The notes under the pieces: generated by a model
The model's database searches: none
The model's input: only the letters and a program-made list of their open reading frames with translations
What the model was told of the DNA's origin: nothing
In this document: positions 59,478 to 64,000 of the stretch, piece after piece
Position numbering within the stretch: position 1 is the first letter of the stretch
Layout: each line of letters opens with the position of its first letter
Position numbers and translations under genes: made by a program
Assembly: GCA_037076615.1 (NCBI GenBank)
Contig: AP029158.1
Span: 397,337-461,336, forward strand
Direction: 5' to 3'
Source of the DNA: Candidatus Parcubacteria bacterium
GTDB lineage: Bacteria; Patescibacteriota; Patescibacteriia; Patescibacteriales; UBA12465
DNA: 64,000 bases

Positions 59478-60638
59478 TTAACGCCGCGATGGTTCCTTTG
59501 TGTACTTACTAATATTCACCACCAAACCAACGGCAATTAGTGAAGATAAAATCGAGGAGCCACCGGCGGAAATAAAAGGCAACGGCACACCCGTCATCGG
59601 AATTAAATTTAATTGGCCGCCGATATTAAAAAAAGTTTGAATCGCTAACCAGAGACCGACACCGGTGGCCAGGTTGCGGCCATAGCGATCGGGAGCGAGC
59701 TTCGCCACTAAAAAAATTCGGTAAAACAAATAAAACAAAAGGATAATAAATAAAGTGGTTAAGATAAAACCAATCTCTTCAGCGATAATGGGAAAAATTG
59801 AATCCCCCCAAACCTCCGGTAAATACATAAACTTCTGCCGACTCTGTCCTAAACCGCGACCAAAAACACCCCCCGAACCAATGGCAATCAGGGACTGATT
59901 AATGTGAAAGCAAACATCCTGAGTATCAAAAGAAGGATCTACAAAACAGCGCAAGCGATTATCCTGATAAGAATAACCGCCGTCACTTCTAAATAGGGGC
60001 GAGACAAAAAGAACAGTCAGGCCCACTAGGGCAGTAATAATTAAGTGCTTCAGTTTCCCGCCGCCGACAAAGAAAACGCCTATTGCCATAGCAATAATAA
60101 TTACCAAACTGCCAAAATCAGGCTGCAGCATCATCAACAAGGAAATTACCACCAAAATAGTAAAAAAAGGCAGTGTCCCCGAAGAAAAAGAAGACAAATC
60201 CTTTTGCCTTGCCTCCAACCAAGTCGCCAAATAAATCAAAAAGGTTGCTTTAACAAGTTCGGAGGGTTGGAAAGAAAAACCGAATAAATTAATCCAGCTC
60301 CGGGAAGTTCCATAATCCGATTGCAAGCCGGGAATAAAAACTAAAAGCAAAAGGCCAATCGAGATGAGTAAAAAGGCGAAAGCGTATTTTTTCCAAAAAC
60401 GAAAATCAACCTTTTGGGCAACAAAAAAAGCCAGTAAGCCCAGGGCCAAAGCCGGTAGTTGTCTTAAAAGATAATGATATTGATTGCCAAACCTATTAAA
60501 AGAAACGACCGCCGAGGCAGTAAAGAGCATCGCTAAACCAATAAATAAAATCAAACCCAGAGCAATTAACATTTTTTTATCCAGCTCATGCGGTCTGTCA
60601 ACGGACTTTCTTTTAGTAATCGCTCCTTTAAGATTCAT
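59478..60638 (-). CDS. ftsW: SEDS family cell division protein FtsW
   Basis: FQPSE, QPDFG, AIGSGG, YLPE, GVPLPFIS.GGS; dcw context. Confidence 0.92.
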   Translation of the reverse strand: MNLKGAITKRKSVDRPHELDKKMLIALGLILFIGLAMLFTASAVVSFNRFGNQYHYLLRQLPALALGLLAFFVAQKVDFRFWKKYAFAFLLISIGLLLLVFIPGLQSDYGTSRSWINLFGFSFQPSELVKATFLIYLATWLEARQKDLSSFSSGTLPFFTILVVISLLMMLQPDFGSLVIIIAMAIGVFFVGGGKLKHLIITALVGLTVLFVSPLFRSDGGYSYQDNRLRCFVDPSFDTQDVCFHINQSLIAIGSGGVFGRGLGQSRQKFMYLPEVWGDSIFPIIAEEIGFILTTLFIILLFYLFYRIFLVAKLAPDRYGRNLATGVGLWLAIQTFFNIGGQLNLIPMTGVPLPFISAGGSSILSSLIAVGLVVNISKYTKEPSRR

Positions 60639-60661
60639 GATTTTAAAATAGTTGTCTCGGC

Positions 60662-61714
60662 CTAAAAACCGCGATCAACCAAGAAAATAATAACGCCAAT
60701 GATAGCCATGGCGCCGGCCACCAACCAAAAACGCATCACAATTTTGCTCTCCGGCCAGCCGATGGCTTGAAAATGATGATGAATCGGGGCAGACAGAAAA
60801 ACTTTTTTGCCCTGACGTAATTTTTTAGAAGTTAATTGAATAATAACTGATAACGATTCCAGTAAAAAGATAAAGCCAATAAAAATTAAAAGTAAGGCGC
60901 TGTTAGTCAGCAAAGCAATAATCGCCAGCGTAATTCCTAGACTCATCGACCCGGTATCGCCCATATAAAAACGAGCCGGCGGAATGTTGTACCATAAAAA
61001 AGCCATCAGCGCTCCGATAATCACCGCACAAAAAGTCGCTAACTCATAACGACCAAGGGTAAAAGCAATAACGGCATAAGCGGCAAAAGCTACCAGTAAA
61101 GTCCCTCCCGCTAGGCCATCTAAGCCGTCAGTTTCGTTAACCGAAAAAGCAGTCGCCACCACAATAAAGACAAAAACCGGAATATACCACCAGGAGATTT
61201 CAATATTGCCAACAAAAGGAACATGAAAAACCGTCCAATCCAATTTAAAATAAAACCAAAGCGCGCCAATTAAAGCGATTGCCGTGTAAATTAAAAGACG
61301 ATGGCGCATCTTTAAACCGCCGCCACCCAAGACGCCTTTACCACGTACATCTAGCCAGTCGTCAACTAAACCAATAAGGGCGGAAGCGACTAGAGCGCCT
61401 AAAGGAAGTAAGGTTTCCGAACGAGTTAAAAAATTTAGATTGCGAATGAGCTCCCAATCAAAAAGATGAGCGATTAAATAAAAAGCTGCCGCGAAAATTA
61501 AAACCGTTCCCCAAATCAAAACACCACCCATCGTTGGTGTCCCCTCTTTGGCGGCGTGAAGCTTAGAAAAAATTGGTGTCTCGCCGGAATTACGAATCTT
61601 TTTTCCCAGTTTGTGTTTGTATAAAAAATTTGTCAGTAGAGGCGTCATAAAACCGGCAAACAAAAAGGCGGCCATGGCGAGAAGCAGGATCTTGATAATG
61701 TAAAAATATTCCAT
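60662..61714 (-). CDS. mraY: Phospho-N-acetylmuramoyl-pentapeptide transferase
   Basis: TPTMGG, NETDGLDGL, YMGDTGS, APIHHHF. Confidence 0.96.
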   Translation of the reverse strand: MEYFYIIKILLLAMAAFLFAGFMTPLLTNFLYKHKLGKKIRNSGETPIFSKLHAAKEGTPTMGGVLIWGTVLIFAAAFYLIAHLFDWELIRNLNFLTRSETLLPLGALVASALIGLVDDWLDVRGKGVLGGGGLKMRHRLLIYTAIALIGALWFYFKLDWTVFHVPFVGNIEISWWYIPVFVFIVVATAFSVNETDGLDGLAGGTLLVAFAAYAVIAFTLGRYELATFCAVIIGALMAFLWYNIPPARFYMGDTGSMSLGITLAIIALLTNSALLLIFIGFIFLLESLSVIIQLTSKKLRQGKKVFLSAPIHHHFQAIGWPESKIVMRFWLVAGAMAIIGVIIFLVDRGF

Positions 61715-61721
61715 ATATTTT

Positions 61722-62135
61722 TTAGCGGAAGTTCATTAAGTATATTAAAATAAGGGTCGCCAATATTCCTAGGTTGCTAACTGTTGCCGCCCCCATCAAA
61801 AAATGACTCTGAATTTTAAAGTGACGACCACTTCCCAAAATTACCAAGAAAATTAGGGTTAATAAAAGCAAAATAGCCCCCAAAAGAGGAAAATTAAAAA
61901 TTAGGTTAGGGGCGCCAATTTGGTCGATCCCAAAGTCAATATTATAGTGCAAAATCAGCAGACTCCCGGCAATTTCTTGATAGATGTGAGAAGCTAGCCA
62001 CCAGGAAGCGGCTTGAATAATTAAAATTGCCAATAAATACAAGCGATTAGCAGTCAAACCAAATAAATCTTTAATTGTTCCAGTCGCCTGCAAGCGCCAA
62101 TTTTGCAGTCGACCATAAAATTGCGAGTACGACAT
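61722..62135 (-). CDS. Hypothetical membrane protein
   Basis: Three TM segments, LHYNIDFGID. Confidence 0.7.
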   Translation of the reverse strand: MSYSQFYGRLQNWRLQATGTIKDLFGLTANRLYLLAILIIQAASWWLASHIYQEIAGSLLILHYNIDFGIDQIGAPNLIFNFPLLGAILLLLTLIFLVILGSGRHFKIQSHFLMGAATVSNLGILATLILIYLMNFR

Positions 62136-62222
62136 AATACTAGCTAAAATTAGGTTAAATACAATTCACTTTATCAGTTTAACATATTTTAACAATAAGA
62201 TAAATAATGATATAATAAGCAC

Positions 62223-63263
62223 ATGACTAATAAGAGCTTAAAAAAAATTAGCCGTTACGCGCGCCAGCACCAATTAACGGCGGTCGCGATTGCACCCGAG
62301 GGCGGTCGCCAGGTTTTGCGCGGCGAAAATAATCGTCGCCCTTACCGCTTAGTGATTGAGCCTAATTTTGCTGACGATTTAGGCGCGGCTTATCGGCGCC
62401 TGCTCGATCTGGCACCCGACGATTTAGTTAGTAATGCCTATTTAAAAGATGATTTTGGCCCCATGCGTCTGTCAATTATTCCTGAAGCGGGCGGCGAAAA
62501 AATCATTCTCCAATTTATTAACGATCCGTCGGGTCCCACTCGTTTAAGTCGGCTTGGTTTAGTAAGAGAGTCTCGGGTACAGATTAAAGAATTCTTGAAA
62601 CGTCGCCGCGGTTTAGTTGTCATTTTCAGCGACCATCACCAGGGAAAAACGACGACCTTACAAGCGCTGGTCCGTGAACTCGTTAGCGATAAAAGTGCCG
62701 GCGCGATTTTAGAAAAATATCCCGAAACAAAAATTGATCGGGTGAGTATTTTTCGCGAGCGCAACAAGCGGAAACAAAGTTTAGAAAAAATTAAGAAACA
62801 AGATTACGACTGGCTAGCAATTGACGATGCCGACACCGAGTTATTGACAGCAGCGCTCACGGCCGCGGCCGAAGGACGTTTAGTTTTAGCCGCCAGTCAC
62901 TCTAATCAACCGGCTCAAGCGGCCGCACAATTAAAGAAGATAGCTCCGGCCGATTTAGCTTTACTAATAATTTATCAAGAACTAAAAGATAAGAATTGCC
63001 CTCATTGTTTAATGGCTCGCCCGGCGCAGCACTACCAAGGATTACTAGACCGCTATTGGCCATCGGAAAAAAGTTATCGACCCAGTAAATTTTTTCACAG
63101 CCGCGGTTGTTCTTATTGTCAACATTCCGGCATTTACGGTCAAACCGCCGTTTTCGCTCTTGAGGAGTCAAAAGGTGGCAAGACCAAGTGGAGTGCCGCT
63201 TTAAGTACCGATTTAATTATTAAGGCGGCCAATGCTTTGATCGCTCCTCAAACTGAACTATGA
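62223..63263 (+). CDS. Degenerate PilB/GspE-like ATPase domain protein
   Basis: RLSIIP...GEKIIL, GLV, HQGKTTTL, CPHC...GCSYC..SG..G. Confidence 0.7.
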   Translation: MTNKSLKKISRYARQHQLTAVAIAPEGGRQVLRGENNRRPYRLVIEPNFADDLGAAYRRLLDLAPDDLVSNAYLKDDFGPMRLSIIPEAGGEKIILQFINDPSGPTRLSRLGLVRESRVQIKEFLKRRRGLVVIFSDHHQGKTTTLQALVRELVSDKSAGAILEKYPETKIDRVSIFRERNKRKQSLEKIKKQDYDWLAIDDADTELLTAALTAAAEGRLVLAASHSNQPAQAAAQLKKIAPADLALLIIYQELKDKNCPHCLMARPAQHYQGLLDRYWPSEKSYRPSKFFHSRGCSYCQHSGIYGQTAVFALEESKGGKTKWSAALSTDLIIKAANALIAPQTEL

Positions 63264-63916
63264 AAATTGCTTGTGTCATTCCCGCCTATAATGAGGCGAA
63301 AAATATCGCAGCCGTTTTAGAAAAAGTCTACCCCTTAGTTGACGAGTTGATTGTAGTTGACGACCACTCACATGACAAAACCAGCGCCATTGCTCTAAAT
63401 TATCCGGTGACGGTGATTCGCCACCCGATTAATCGCGGTCAAGGAGCAGCTCTAGAGACCGGCAACCAGTACGCCCTAAAAAATGGCGCCGACATTATTG
63501 TTCATTTTGACGCTGATGATCAATTTAAGAGCGAAGAAATACCGGTAGTTTTAGCGCCCCTCTTAAATGATGAAGCGGACGCCGTTTTTGGTTCTCGTTT
63601 TTTAGGACATGCTAATTTTCCACCCTTAAAGCGTTATTTGATTATGCCGCTGGCCCGCCAAATAAACCGCTGGCTCGGAGTAAGGACAACGGACCCTCAG
63701 AGTGGTTTTCGCGCTCTTAAAAGAGAGATTTGGGAACAGATAACAATTACTAATCGAGGAATGGCTCATTGCACCGAGATTCTTTTTAAAACCGTTAAAA
63801 CCGGCTGCCGTCTAAAAGAAGTGCCAATTGACGTAACTTATCATCACTTTGGTCAAAAAATTAGCGGAGGCTTTAGAATTATTAAAGATCTGCTCTTACA
63901 AAAATTTTCTAACTAA
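63260..63916 (+). CDS. Glycosyltransferase family 2 (DPM1-like)
   Basis: VIPAYNEA, VDD.S.D.T, NRGQGAA, DADDQ, DPQSGFRA. Confidence 0.93.
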   Translation: MKIACVIPAYNEAKNIAAVLEKVYPLVDELIVVDDHSHDKTSAIALNYPVTVIRHPINRGQGAALETGNQYALKNGADIIVHFDADDQFKSEEIPVVLAPLLNDEADAVFGSRFLGHANFPPLKRYLIMPLARQINRWLGVRTTDPQSGFRALKREIWEQITITNRGMAHCTEILFKTVKTGCRLKEVPIDVTYHHFGQKISGGFRIIKDLLLQKFSN

Positions 63917-63922
63917 AATTAT

Positions 63923-64000
63923 ATGTTTTTTTCCTGGCAACAATTGCTCGCTTTAATCATTATCACTTTTTTCACGACCCAACTTTTTAAACAAAAACGT
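63923..64000 (+). CDS. Partial membrane protein (DUF2304-like by context), cut by the window edge
   Basis: MFFSWQQLLALIIITFF... immediately after the GT2 gene. Confidence 0.45.
   Translation, partial: MFFSWQQLLALIIITFFTTQLFKQKR

Noticed and set aside
1216-63171. Numerous short antisense or alternative-frame ORFs (e.g. 3964-4446, 30148-30738, 37701-38126, 38201-38530, 44485-44745)
   Set aside because: Shadows of well-supported genes, with no independent motifs or expression signals

Overview
64-kb chromosomal window from a Patescibacteria (CPR) bacterium, most likely Parcubacteria. The assignment is inferred from the missing rpmD/L30 in an otherwise complete spc block, a short AlaRS, CPR-type repeat-domain surface proteins and starts without Shine-Dalgarno motifs. 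About 28-52 kb holds the str/S10/spc ribosomal cluster and a separate infA-rpmJ-rpsMKD-rpoA-rplQ-rplM-rpsI block. The rest carries dnaG-rpoD, scpAB, aspS, alaS, hisS, a mraY-ftsW-murG-murC-murB cluster, comEC, prfB and tRNA-Asn. The most unusual part is the first 6.7 kb. It contains a 1130-aa S-layer-like gene with a ~400-nt highly structured leader and an ECF sigma/anti-sigma pair with a recognisable ECF promoter. It also has an intergenic array of two repeat motif families next to an Xis/BldC-like HTH gene, and an HU gene whose leader can form a pseudoknot. Other signals are RpoA lacking its C-terminal domain, an unannotated 43-aa basic protein, apparent leaderless genes, promoters hidden in coding sequence, a structured rpsJ-rplC spacer and a poly-G-frameshifted DUF5652 gene. 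All calls come from reading the sequence; no database search or folding program was run.
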